Shown here one piece after another: positions 21,357-36,368 of a DNA stretch of 36,368 nucleotides. Numbering within the stretch: the first letter of the stretch is position 1; each line of letters begins with the position of its first letter. The stretch comes from Eledone cirrhosa (taxonomy: Eukaryota). The notes under the pieces are model-generated. The model made no database searches and was not told the DNA's origin. It was given only the letters and a program-made list of their open reading frames with translations. The position numbers and the translations under genes were made by a program. The stretch is from positions 1-36,368 of the forward strand of contig CAXHJY010001511.1 of the NCBI GenBank assembly GCA_964016885.1, given 5' to 3'.

Positions 21357-21547
21357 GTGGATTGGCAGTATCGGTAGAGGATCGGACGCCATGCTTTGAT
21401 GCATAGAGTTACGGCCCTTGCCATTCTGAGTTCAAATCCCGCCGAGGTTAACTTTGCCTTTTATCCTTATGGGGTCGATAAAATAAAGTACCAGTAATAC
21501 GCTGGAATAAGTGCTGCCCTTGTGCCAAAAAGTAGAAACAATTATTA
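21357..21547 (+). mobile_element. SINE family A, near full length
   Basis: GTGGATTGGCAGTATCGGTAGAGG...GAGTTCAAATCCCGCCGAGGTTAAC...AGTAGAAACAATTATT. Confidence 0.9.
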
Positions 21548-22581
21548 GAAAAGGTTTTCTAAACATTATTCCCCCCACCCCCCATCCCAGGAATAAGTGG
21601 ACGGAGAAGAAGAAGAAAGAACAGTCTTTAATTAGCATAAAATATGTAAAACTAAGTTTGACAATTCAAATATTTATAATATCTTTACTACTGGATTGTA
21701 AACATTCGCAGTAAACTACTAAGGTAAATATTTTAATATTTAATGTAATACAGTCATAATGCTGTTTTGTACTTTCTAAGAAACTCTTGCTAATGTGGTT
21801 TTATGTGGTGCAGGACGTTAAGTGTTAAATAGAAGCTTGGATATTTAGATTTGATGTAGAACAAACATTCTCTAGTTATTATTAAGCTGTAGTAATGACA
21901 AGCTAACACCAAATGGCATAATTCAACCTTTTGGCTAAATATGCCAAAATAAAGGAAAAGAAAAGTGTATATGATTTTTTTTTTAAAGGAGATCTTGTGT
22001 GGCTGACAGCAAATATTAACATTTAATATTAAAATAAACTCCGTGAAAATAATTGTGCTGCTGACCATTAGGCACTTAGAATCGGCAACAATTTAGCTCC
22101 CGAAATATGCTAATTATGTACGCAAAGAAATTTTTAATGAAATAATTCACAGAAATTTATTTCACCTTTGCTGTACAGTTTCGAGCTTGGTCTCGTTTTT
22201 TTTTTCGTTTTATTTTTATTTTATTTTATTTTCATTTCTGTTAGAAATTTTCTACCGCAGGAATAGGCAAATATGAATAAATTTGGTTATTTATAGATAA
22301 TTTGTAATAGTTTAGTGTCAATAATATCTTAACACTTTTATAAGGATAAATCACACACACAGTCACGTGGAATGGACTTTCGTCGGTTTTGAAGGTCACT
22401 GTTTCAGATGTTCACTCAACGCTACAGCATGGCAGTGAATATAACGAGAAAGTGACGAAGCATCAATGTACAGACATATCCATAAATGAACTCTCAGGAA
22501 GATTCAGCATGACAATGTGGGACAAGGTTAGCCCCTTTGAATTATAGACACAGCCCAACTAACGGCTTTCCAACGTGTCCA

Positions 22582-24713
22582 GATATACCACCAACAACAC
22601 AATCTCTACACAAGTGACATGATATACCACCTACAACACAATCTCTACACAAGTGACATGATATACCACCTACAACACAATCTCTACACAAGTTACATGA
22701 TATACCCCCAACAACACAATCTCTACACAAGTTACATGATATACCACCTACAACACAATCTCTACACAAGTTACATGATATACCACCTACAACACAATCT
22801 CTACACAAGTGACATGATATACCACCTACAACACAATCTCTACACAAGTGACATGATATACCACCTACAACACAATCTCTACACAAGTGACATGATATAC
22901 CACCTACAACACAATTTCTACACAAGTGACATGATATACCACCAACAACACAATCTCTACACAAGTGACATGATATACCACCTACAACACAATCTCTACA
23001 CAAGTGACATGATATACCACCAACAACACAATCTCTACACAAGTGACATGATATACCACCTACAACACAATCTCTACACAAGTGACATGATATACCCCCA
23101 ACAACACAATCTCTACACAAGTTACATGATATACCACCTACAACACAATCTCTACACAAGTGACATGATATACCCCCAACAACACAATCTCTACACAAGT
23201 GACATGATATACCACCTACAACACAATCTCTACACAAGTTACATGATATACCACCTACAACACAATCTCTACACAAGTGACATGATATACCACCTAGAAC
23301 ACAATCTCTACACAAGTTACATGATATACCCCCAACAACACAATCTCTACACAAGTTACATGATGTACCACCTACAACACAATCTCTACACAAGTTACAT
23401 GATGTACCACCTACAACACAATCTCTACACAAGTGACATGATATACCACCTACAACACAATCTCTACACAAGTGACATGATATACCACCTACAACACAAT
23501 CTCTACACAAGTGACATGATATACCACCTACAACACAATCTCTACACAAGTTACATGATATACCACCTACAACACAATCTCTACACAAGTTACATGATGT
23601 ACCACCTACAACACAATCTCTACACAAGTGACATGATGTACCACCTACAACACAATCTCTACACAAGTGACATGATATACCACCTACAACACAATCTCTA
23701 CACAAGTGACATGATATACCACCTACAACACAATCTCTACACAAGTGACATGATATACCACCTACAACACAATCTCTACACAAGTGACATGATATACCAC
23801 CTACAACACAATCTCTACACAAGTGACATGATATACCACCAACAACACAATCTCTACACAAGTTACATGATGTACCACCTACAACACAATCTCTACACAA
23901 GTGACATGATATACCACCTACAACACAATCTCTACACAAGTGACATGATATACCACCTACAACACAATCTCTACACAAGTGACATGATATACCACCTACA
24001 ACACAATCTCTACACAAGTGACATGATATACCACCTACAACACAATCTCTACACAAGTGACATGATATACCACCAACAACACAATCTCTACACAAGTGAC
24101 ATGATATACCACCAACAACACAATCTCTACACAAGTGACATGATATACCACCTACAACACAATCTCTACACAAGTGACATGATATACCACCTACAACACA
24201 ATCTCTACACAAGTGACATGATATACCACCTACAACACAATCTCTACACAAGTGACATGATATACCACCTACAACACAATCTCTACACAAGTGACATGAT
24301 ATACCACCAACAACACAATCTCTACACAAGTTACATGATGTACCACCTACAACACAATCTCTACACAAGTGACATGATATACCACCTACAACACAATCTC
24401 TACACAAGTGACATGATATACCACCTACAACACAATCTCTACACAAGTGACATGATATACCACCTACAACACAATCTCTACACAAGTTACATGATATACC
24501 ACCTACAACACAATCTCTACACAAGTGACATGATATACCACCTACAACACAATCTCTACACAAGTGACATGATATACCACCTACAACACAATCTCTACAC
24601 AAGTTACATGATATACCACCTACAACACAATCTCTACACAAGTGACATGATATACCACCTACAACACAATCTCTACACAAGTGACATGATATACCACCGA
24701 CAACACAATCTCT
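22582..24713. repeat. 39-bp minisatellite, ~54.7 copies
   Basis: Unit GATATACCACCTACAACACAATCTCTACACAAGTGACAT, head to tail with no spacers. No indels (frames stay open) and only a few recurrent substitutions. Confidence 0.98.
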
Positions 24714-24859
24714 GAACAGCCGACATTTTTCTTCTTTATTTATTATTTTTAAGAAAACATTGTTTCGTTTTCGTTTTGTTTTTATTTTTGTCGCTTTTGT
24801 AAATTGTATTCAGATAAAATAAATAAATATACATTGTAAACAATTTCATTTATAGACAA

Positions 24860-25001
24860 TTGTATGTACATATATATATGTGTGTGTGCGTGTGCGCGTG
24901 CGCGTGTGTGTATACACATGCATATATATACGCACGTATACATACATATATACGAATATACACATGCACGTGCATACATATATATATACAAATATACACT
25001 G

Positions 25002-25039
<38 letters not shown>

Positions 25040-25049
25040 ACACACACAC

Positions 25050-25082
<33 letters not shown>

Positions 25083-25090
25083 CCACACAC

Positions 25091-25133
<43 letters not shown>

Positions 25134-25150
25134 TATATATATATATTTGT
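24860..25150. repeat. Compound (TA)n/(TG)n/(CA)n microsatellite
   Basis: Dinucleotide runs read directly. Confidence 0.95.
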
Positions 25151-25350
25151 ATGGTATGCACGATTGTATTTATGACATTTTTTCTTATTCAATAAATGAA
25201 AGAGTGAGAGGAGAAATATTTGTCCAATAAATGGCGGGCTGTCAGCAAAGCTCGTCTGCTTCCGCCATAATGACAGTCAGCACGTTAAAATACAGATTGT
25301 TTAGCTTGGAATACAATTATTTGCTATCACACTTTCTACACACACAGACA

Positions 25351-25409
<59 letters not shown>

Positions 25410-26232
25410 TACATCATAATCATTTGATAATGATGGTGTTATGCAAATACACACACACATATATATATATATATAATCATATGTATATATCACACACACA
25501 AATATATATATATATTTGTGGGTGTGTGCGTGTGCTATATACATATGATATTATATATATATATATGTTTAGATAAATATCCTGAAATATATTGTAGAAG
25601 TGAGATGAACTATTTACTCCTCATCCTGGTTGCTAATTAATTCACTTAAATCAACCAAGAAATACATTTCTTGCCTTTTTACATATGGAAATTAAAGGGA
25701 AATTAATGTCGACTTTATTAATACTACTGATACTGTTGTTGTTGTTCACCATGTTGGTTCTAGTAATTTAACTTGTTGTTGTGTCATCGAAATCTGAGAG
25801 GTTGTTGTGAGTCGTCGTTAAATTTACCTTCCTTCAATTACTCTATACACTGCTTTAACACGATATACTTTTATTTTTTAAAATAGCAATAACATTTTTA
25901 CGTGAAGGTCTTCTTAAAAACTGCGTGCAAAGTTTCCAAATAAAATTCTATTAAATCCTAATAAAAAGGGTCAGAGTTTACTGTTTTCTTGTTTTTTCTC
26001 ATACAAACATATTCGAATATGAAATAGGAATTTTTGAAATAGTTTAAGGAAGCTACTTTTGAATTCTATCTCCTACATAAGAAAGTGCTATTTCTGTAGA
26101 ATACTTTCAATTGATATAGTTTGTGTTAAGATTAAAAACGATCCCTAAAAGACCAGTATGGTAGTGTCCAATATGAAGAAATCAAGAAAGCATCAGATTA
26201 AATGCATTTTATTTAATCCTAGATTCTCAGTA

Positions 26233-26355
26233 TGAAGGCGCACGATTTAGGGGTTAAGGTGTTCCACTAACGACCGTGAGTTCAGTTACCAGCTGTCCTT
26301 AAGCAAAACGCTATTTCATGTAGCTCCAGTTCTCTCAGCTGGCAAAATTGAGTTA
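26233..26355 (+). mobile_element. SINE family B fragment
   Basis: TGAAGGCGCACGATTTAGGGGTTAAGGTG head, GTCCTTAAGCAAAACGCT and CTCAGCTGGCAAAATTGAG. Confidence 0.7.
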
Positions 26356-26539
26356 AAATGCACAGAAAACGCAAGTATGTTCCGGCGATGGCGCCCCCTT
26401 ACGACCCCATCAGGAGTTACGTGTCTATACATATACCAATAGGGTGTTATATGATATTTGCCTCTAGTTGATTATAGCTGTGGAATGACATAATATAGAA
26501 CTGTTGCTCCCGTATTACTGGTATATTGATGTTAGAAAC

Positions 26540-26695
26540 ACTTTTTCTGTGAGGAGAGATTGCCAAAATCGTTTCAACCTCCAATAAAATATTTTGCGAT
26601 ATTTCTTTCGTCAATTTACGTTCTGAGTTCAAATCCCGCTAAGATCAGCTTTGCCTTTTAATTCCCCCGGGGTCGATAAAATAGTGTACCAGTCT
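26540..26695 (+). mobile_element. SINE family A variant
   Basis: TTCTGAGTTCAAATCCCGC...CTTTGCCTTT...GGGGTCGATAAAATAGTGTACCAGT. Confidence 0.75.
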
Positions 26696-27084
26696 TGGCT
26701 CTGACTCTTTATAATATATATATATATATATATATAAAAGGAAAAAAAGATGAAATCAAAAATACAACTGGAGTCTTTTAAAGAATATTTATTTGTTTCC
26801 TTTACCGGTTTCACAGTTCTTATGCTTTTCAAAAGTAGAATTGGAGGGTTTGCGGTGTTTCTCGCATCTGCGATTTCATCTTTTTTCCTTATACTTTCAC
26901 TCGTGTAGGACATCTCGTTTTTTTTCCATTTAAAAAAAACCCTCATTTTCTTATATATATATATATATAAGAAAATGAGGTTTATATATATATATATATG
27001 TGTGCGTGTGTGTATGGTTATATATATATATATATATATAAATATGTGTGTATGTGTATATATATATGTATGTATGTATATGTA

Positions 27085-27115
<31 letters not shown>

Positions 27116-27381
27116 GTGTGATTGTAGACACCTGACCATTTCGGCAGACCTACCAATGAATGGCCATTGTTAGCTTCAGTGAACCTTAAAAATCAGGAGT
27201 CCCCCCTCCCCCAGTTTGAACCTGTCTACAGAGACTTAGCTTGACTTTTTTTTCTGAATATAGTTTTTAAAGAATTCCCTTTTCTTTAAACCCATCAACC
27301 AATGACCTCCACCCATCCCTATCACCACCCTCTCCTACCACCAGAAAAGATATAAATACCACCATATTACTTGGACAGCCA

Positions 27382-27430
27382 GCTTCCTGTTGATTTCTCG
27401 CGAATGAAACAGTTTTAGTCCTGTAGAAGC
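27382..27430 (+). ncRNA. Degenerate hammerhead-like motif in a pLTR-like remnant ending in (TA)n
   Basis: GCTTC-CTGTTGA-T-TTC-TCGC-GAA-T-GAAACAGT...GAAGC. One core mismatch (CTGT instead of CTGA); TATAAATA lies ~30 nt upstream; a homologue sits at 29610-29661 (-). Confidence 0.4.
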
Positions 27431-27507
27431 CATTTCTATATTATATATATATCACATAAGTGCTCAAATGGCCTACCGCATACGGACGCTTTAAACACCC
27501 CACACCG

Positions 27508-27532
27508 TATGTATGTATGTGTGTATGTATGT

Positions 27533-27596
<64 letters not shown>

Positions 27597-27683
27597 TGGT
27601 GTGTGTGGTGTGTGTGTGTGTGTGTGTGTGCGTGTGCGTGTGTGCGCGTGTGTGTGTGTGTGTGTGTGCGTGCGCGCGCGCGC
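27508..27683. repeat. (TG)n/(CG)n microsatellite
   Basis: Alternating purine-pyrimidine run, read directly. Confidence 0.95.
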
Positions 27684-29298
27684 TAGGTGTAGAGAAATGG
27701 TATGAACTGAACATGATAATCAAGACAACTTCCCCATTCGGAATATTTGACAGTTTACGTTTTTGATTTGGTCATTTGGTTCTGCTATGGATACGGTATA
27801 CGGTGTCCACTTATCCCTTGATATCTTAATATTTGTGTTGTTTTTCAGAGTATGGATATGGTTATGTAAAAGAACGAAGCGTTAATGAATTATGATTTAG
27901 CTTACTAATAGCAACGTGATTGACTTGAGACAGATGTAGAAGATATAAGATTAATAGATGGAAGAATTAGATTGTGTAACGTCCATAAATTATATTCCTC
28001 AGCGGAGTAAATGGCATCAGAGAACATATACAGTGACAAGGATTGAAACAGGATCATTTGAAACAACCACGAAACTTCTTGATACTAGAAATAGCAGCGA
28101 CATTTCTTAAAAATCAAACAATACCGTCTTTTTAAAATGACACATTGAATAATGTACTCCTAGATACACTATTCCCGAAAAGAAAAGCCTTTCGTCATTG
28201 GTTTTCTCAATCACGGCTGACCTGCTAAACGATAACAATAATAACCACAAACTTCATATTGTCTCTATATCTCTATCCCTATATCATTATCCATCTATTT
28301 ATCTACATACGAAACATTTCTGTTAGCTCAAAGCCTGTATAGCTTTGTATGGTTAGTATTTGCTATGAGACAGGGAACAACAGCTAACCACTCTAGGGCA
28401 ATATTTCACAATAGTGTATTTATTGCATCATCAGGATTAAGTAGTTGGAAACATCGGACAAATAAGACAACACTTTCTCTGTCTACGACGACTTATCACT
28501 GAGCTACTATCTTTAAAAAAATGGTCATGTTGGATAGTGTAATAAAATATTTGGCAAGGTGGGCAGGACTGGGATACATTTAATAATAAGTATGTTCCGC
28601 CAGGGCTGAGATGGGGCTAACTTTGCACAAGAGGGTAGGATTGGTGGTAATATACGTTGATAGATGTATAGTAGCCAGTCAGTTCCATGTAATTCGCGCC
28701 TGCTATTAATAAAAAAACCTTAAACGATTGATGACTTGTCTCTTTGAGTCTTAAGCTTCCTACGTTTCGTTCGATGGTTTTGGTGGTAACTTTAATATTT
28801 TGTGTTTAGTTTAACGTATAACAGGATAAGATATTCAGATCGAACTATCGAATGTTTAACTGGACTAAACGGTTCCCAGAACCGATTGAACACATCGAAA
28901 TAAAACATGAAAATAAATATAAATCTGTTTTAATTGAGAAATACACTTCAAATTCTGTTATCTAAACTCTGGTTACCAGCGTCTTCTAGCAAAGTTATTG
29001 TCCAATAGAAATTCGGATTGAATCTAATTAGGAATCAACTCACAGACTTTAGAAACATAAAAATCTACGAATAGATTATTGTACGTTGGTAATAAACAAA
29101 GATTGGCTTAGTACAAAGTAAATTGAAAAGGTTATGAAGTGAGGAAATCTTCACTAGATCTGTTTTGTTTAATTCTCTCCTGCAAAATATTTTTTACACG
29201 TAGTTAGATATTCTTATCTTTACCACAACAGCTTATAAAAGGGTTAGGTGGAAATTACTCTACATATGTAAGCTAATCAAAAGAAATTCATCCTCGTC

Positions 29299-29345
<47 letters not shown>

Positions 29346-29592
29346 TAAATATAAATCTGTCTGTCTGTCTGTGTGTGTGTATGTGTATGTGTGATTAAGG
29401 CAGTCAAATATTTAATATTTAAGATTGAAGAGTTTTACAGGACTAGAATACCAACATAAAATAACCAACCTATCAACCCCCCCCCCAGCTGATTCTTAAA
29501 AGGCGTAAAATGTGTGTGAGTGTGTGCGTCAGGTTCGATCTAGTGTAACCACAGTTAGTAAGGTGCTCAATACATTAGTAGAGTGTAAAAAT

Positions 29593-29713
29593 CAAGTTTA
29601 ATATAGAAATGGCTTCTACAGGACTAGAACTGTTTCATTCAAAAGAAATCACCCGGAAAGCTTTTCTATGAAATGGTTTTAGTCCCGTAGAAGCCATTTC
29701 TATATTAAACTTG
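29593..29713. repeat. ~46-bp imperfect inverted repeat made of two opposed copies of the 27404-27443 tail
   Basis: CAAGTTTAATATAGAAATGGCTTCTAC.GGACTA.AAC..TTTCAT pairs with ATGAAA..GTT.TAGTCC.GTAGAAGCCATTTCTATATTAAACTTG. Confidence 0.9.
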
Positions 29714-29714
29714 G

Positions 29715-30427
<713 letters not shown>

Positions 30428-32770
30428 ATTTTCAGCAATCACACTGACAATATCCACAATATTGCAGTGGAGAAAACTCTACTCTCTGATCATGACATGG
30501 TTCTCTGTGATCTGAGATTCCACCGTCCAATATACAAACCCAATGTCATCTCTCCTGTCCATCCGTTTGACGCTATGGATTTCCACAATGCAAACTGGGA
30601 AGCGATCAGTCATGATCTTGCACATGTCGACTGGTCCTTCACGCACACTCATACACCCACTAACATCAAAAAGTCCTGGCAGACATTTGTGGACACTGTT
30701 ACAAACATATGTGCTAAACACACCCCATTAAGAACTATAAACAAATCTAAGAGCAGAATCCCTAGAAATAGAAAAACGCTCATCAGAAAAATTAAGAGAA
30801 CGAACAAAAAAATCAACAAGCTGAAATACTGTCAGCAGCAACACATCAACTTGACTGCCATTTTATCACTAGAGATTAAAAAACATAACCTCCAAAACAA
30901 CATAATGTCCCTCATCAACAATCAGAGAAGAGCTGAAGAGGCCTGGGCCATTGAGAAGATCAAACTCAATCCCAAAGTGTTCTTTTCATTTGCAAAAAAA
31001 CACAAAATCACTGGCTCTACTGTTGGCCCTCTAATTGATGAAAATGGCACTCTTCAAGACAATGCTAAAACCATGGGTGAGATACTGCAGAAACAATACT
31101 GCTCTGTTTTCAGCAATCCTGATATGGCCGATCTGGGCTGTATCGGCGATGTTACTCCCCATTACACCTTATCGGACATAACGTTTGGCGCCCCTGATGT
31201 CTTGGCGGCAATAAAGGAAATCAAGCATAATTCAGCAGTAGGTCCCGATAGGTTCCCTGCTTGTGTCTTGAAGGCGTGTCAACACCAACTTGCATCTCCT
31301 CTTGCCAATCTGTGGCGGAACTCACTGGATGCTGGATATGTGCCAGAAAACCTTCTATCCCAGTCTGTTGTCCCAGTTTTCAAAAAGGGAAACAAATCCC
31401 TTGCCGTGAATTACCGTCCAATCTCACTCACCTCTCATATCATTAAGGTATTTGAGAGAGTGGTGAGATCGCGAATGACCCATTTCCTTGAGAGTAACAA
31501 TATGCTGAACTCCAACCAGCATGGATTCCGTAATGGAAGGGATTGCCTGACGCAGCTACTGCATCACTTTGATGACATTTTGAGAGCCTTGGGAGAGGGT
31601 TCCAACACTGATGTTATCTACCTTGATTTCAGCAAGGCCTTTGACAGGGTTGATCATAACATTCTACTGAGAAAGCTGTCCAATATTGGTGTCACTGGAA
31701 AGCTGCTGCAGTGGATCAAGAGCTTCCTGTCAAACAGAACCCAACATGTAGTTGAGGGAGTCAAATCCAGCCCAGCCAAAGTCAGTAGTGGGGTCCCACA
31801 AGGCACTGTGTTGGGCCCACTTCTCTTCATCATCTATATTAATGACATCACTGACATCATCAAACACAGCAACATTAAAATTTTCGCTGATGATTCCAAG
31901 CTCCAAAAGGTCATCAATGGCGTGGATGACCGGATAAGCCTTCAGTCAGACCTACTGGCTGTTACCCAATGGGCGGAAAAGAACAAAATGTTACTGAACG
32001 AAGACAAATTCGAACTGATCCACTTTGGAAAAGAGGATGCTCTGAAACTCCCGTACTCCCTTCCCTCCGGGGAAACTCTCGTGGCATCTAACAACATCAG
32101 AGACTTGGGAGTAACCGTGGACAGCAACATAAGCTGGACCACGCATATAAGCAGCAAAGTTGACATGGCCCGCAGAATGTGTTCCTGGATCCTCAGAACC
32201 TTCCAGTCGAGAGATTCCCGCACCATTATCCTTCTCTTCTCTACTTTTGCCCGACCACACCTTGAATACTGTTGTCCACTGTGGTCTCCCCACACGAAAC
32301 AAAGTATCATGAAACTTGAAGCTCCTCAAAGGGCAATCACGAAAAAGATAGATGGCATGTCAGACCTTGACTACTGGGGTCGATTAGAAAACCTGAAACT
32401 TTACTCACTCCAACGTCGCCGTGAGCGTTATATTATCTGCATGATGTGGAAAATGTTCCATCATCACTGCCCAAATGATGTTGGCATCGCCTTCAAGATA
32501 CACCCAAGGGTTGGGCCCCGTGCTCTCCGTCCCATTCAAAAATCTAAATCGCAACTCATAACAACAATACGGCACAATTATTTCACCTCAATCGGCCCTG
32601 CTGTCTTCAACATCACACCAGGACACGTCAAAACAGAAACTGACCACACAAAATTCAAGAAGTCTTTGGACAAATTCCTCAAAGTAATCCCGGACAAACC
32701 ACCCACACCCGGATATGTCTCCGCAAACAGTAATTCTCTTCTCGAATGGGCCATGGTGCCCAAATCCTGA
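30428..32770 (+). CDS. LINE ORF2 (partial AP endonuclease + reverse transcriptase), ~780 uninterrupted codons, lacking its native start
   Basis: [54 protein letters not shown] and IRDLGV motifs. The first ~117 aa of the listed 897-aa ORF are TA-repeat read-through. Confidence 0.93.
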   Translation: MFSNHTDNIHNIAVEKTLLSDHDMVLCDLRFHRPIYKPNVISPVHPFDAMDFHNANWEAISHDLAHVDWSFTHTHTPTNIKKSWQTFVDTVTNICAKHTPLRTINKSKSRIPRNRKTLIRKIKRTNKKINKLKYCQQQHINLTAILSLEIKKHNLQNNIMSLINNQRRAEEAWAIEKIKLNPKVFFSFAKKHKITGSTVGPLIDENGTLQDNAKTMGEILQKQYCSVFSNPDMADLGCIGDVTPHYTLSDITFGAPDVLAAIKEIKHNSAVGPDRFPACVLKACQHQLASPLANLWRNSLDAGYVPENLLSQSVVPVFKKGNKSLAVNYRPISLTSHIIKVFERVVRSRMTHFLESNNMLNSNQHGFRNGRDCLTQLLHHFDDILRALGEGSNTDVIYLDFSKAFDRVDHNILLRKLSNIGVTGKLLQWIKSFLSNRTQHVVEGVKSSPAKVSSGVPQGTVLGPLLFIIYINDITDIIKHSNIKIFADDSKLQKVINGVDDRISLQSDLLAVTQWAEKNKMLLNEDKFELIHFGKEDALKLPYSLPSGETLVASNNIRDLGVTVDSNISWTTHISSKVDMARRMCSWILRTFQSRDSRTIILLFSTFARPHLEYCCPLWSPHTKQSIMKLEAPQRAITKKIDGMSDLDYWGRLENLKLYSLQRRRERYIICMMWKMFHHHCPNDVGIAFKIHPRVGPRALRPIQKSKSQLITTIRHNYFTSIGPAVFNITPGHVKTETDHTKFKKSLDKFLKVIPDKPPTPGYVSANSNSLLEWAMVPKS

Positions 32771-32863
32771 ATTGAAAGACTTCGCCAGGTGGTGCTATTA
32801 AGTTAGACATGGCCTGGGCCAATACTGGCCAAAACATTTCAAAGTTATTCAAAGTTCAAAGTT
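30428..32863 (+). mobile_element. CR1-group non-LTR retrotransposon, 5'-truncated, inserted in (TA)n
   Basis: End of the APE endonuclease (IFSN...SDH), a full RT domain, C-terminal [11 protein letters not shown], a ~90-nt 3' UTR with stem-loop GGCCA-ATAC-TGGCC and a TTCAAAG-type repeated tail. Confidence 0.93.
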
Positions 32864-33476
<613 letters not shown>

Positions 33477-33827
33477 TAAACGGAATAGAAAATGCTGACA
33501 AATTGTTCACAGTTGAAAAATGGTTTAATTAGGAATAAAAGAGTATTAGTGATTGTATGGGTTAGTATTCAGTTGTGGTTTTAAGTTTTTAAGTTTTTAC
33601 CGGTTGCGCATTTCTAAATGCTTTTCAAAAATAATTTTGAGATAGAGTGTCCGTGCTGTTTGCTCTGATCTGATTAGTTTTGGGAATTCTACCTGTTTTT
33701 ATGTTAAAAAAGTGGCTCCAATTTGCAAAAATTCTTGTGGTCAAAATAATTTTGATTGGTCGGTAGAGGTCATGTGAATGTAAAAAATTGATTTTGCGCC
33801 AAGACTGTTTTTATGTTAAAAACAGTC

Positions 33828-33885
<58 letters not shown>

Positions 33886-33889
33886 TATA

Positions 33890-34501
33890 TGGTGGCTGCC
33901 AACTCGTTTTCGAGTACGGCCACTACTTTATATCCATGTAGGAGAACCCCTACCGATGCGCTGAACGAGTGTGACTTTTGAGTCCAGCCAGCGACTTGAA
34001 AACTCTGGTACAAACACTACACCTGTGACAATTATTGACACACAGTGCTGGGCCCATGGTACCATGTGATGACAAGTGCAGAGAGATCTCCAGATATAAA
34101 GCAATGCCTGTGCCGTGAAGCTTTTATAGTGAGCAAAGGCATTGCACAAAGCCAGTCCCACTCTCTTAACCAAGATGATATTTACCAAAAAGAAGAACAA
34201 GTCAACATCATTGGATACCATCAGGGTTGCAGGTGTTATATCAGAGTTTTCCTTCTCCTAGAATTCTGCCTTGACAAAGGCAAAGGGGTCATCTCTCCCG
34301 GTGATTTTGGAAGGCCATTGACTCTTAAGAGCTCCTTTGCCCTTTGACAGGTTTTGTTTTTAGTCCTGCAGGATGTCCAAAGTCACCCTCCTCACCAAGA
34401 AACCTTGGTGGGGTTGCCAGTTTAGTCGCCAACGACCCGACCATGAGACAGGTTGTACTGGGATACATGTTACCAGTAGCACCAACTGGTGACCTGACAC
34501 A
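33890..34501. repeat. Unclassified ~610-bp interspersed element between (TA)n tracts, related to 5296-5600
   Basis: GC-richer island sharing blocks with 5296-5600 and flanked by TA repeats on both sides. Confidence 0.6.

Positions 34502-36368
<1,867 letters not shown>

Noticed and set aside
22582-24713. CRISPR array
   Set aside because: Units are contiguous with no unique spacers, there are no cas genes, and the context is eukaryotic.
25228-25270. YY1-like AAATGGCGG/CCGCCAT motifs as a promoter (also AAGATGGCG near 898)
   Set aside because: These are short motifs with no associated gene start and cannot be supported from sequence alone.

Overview
Eukaryotic, AT-rich, repeat-dominated DNA. 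The very long (TA)n/(TG)n microsatellites and the tRNA-derived SINE families look like a coleoid cephalopod (Octopus-like) genome; that organism call is an inference. No complete host gene is recognisable, only one plausible small exon at 10646-10745. Main contents: two convergent, decayed copies of a Penelope-like element (RT + GIY-YIG) at 1410-2295 (+) and 3246-5287 (-); a 5'-truncated but uninterrupted CR1-group LINE ORF2 (30428-32863); two RTE (Rex3/Expander-like) LINE 3' fragments; many copies of two SINE families; Helitron-like ends; a foldback/MITE family; a 39-bp minisatellite of about 55 copies; and a 29-bp array amplified from a SINE A-box. The most interesting signal is absent from the ORF track: a set of minimal type-I hammerhead ribozyme (HHR) motifs. 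Two are well formed (3344-3383 on -, 11582-11644 on +) and several are degenerate (2158-2197, 17617-17648, 27382-27430 with an inverted relative near 29610-29660, 28386-28446). They come from several dissimilar short elements, most of which abut (TA)n tracts. Almost all long 'YIYI' ORFs are microsatellite artefacts.
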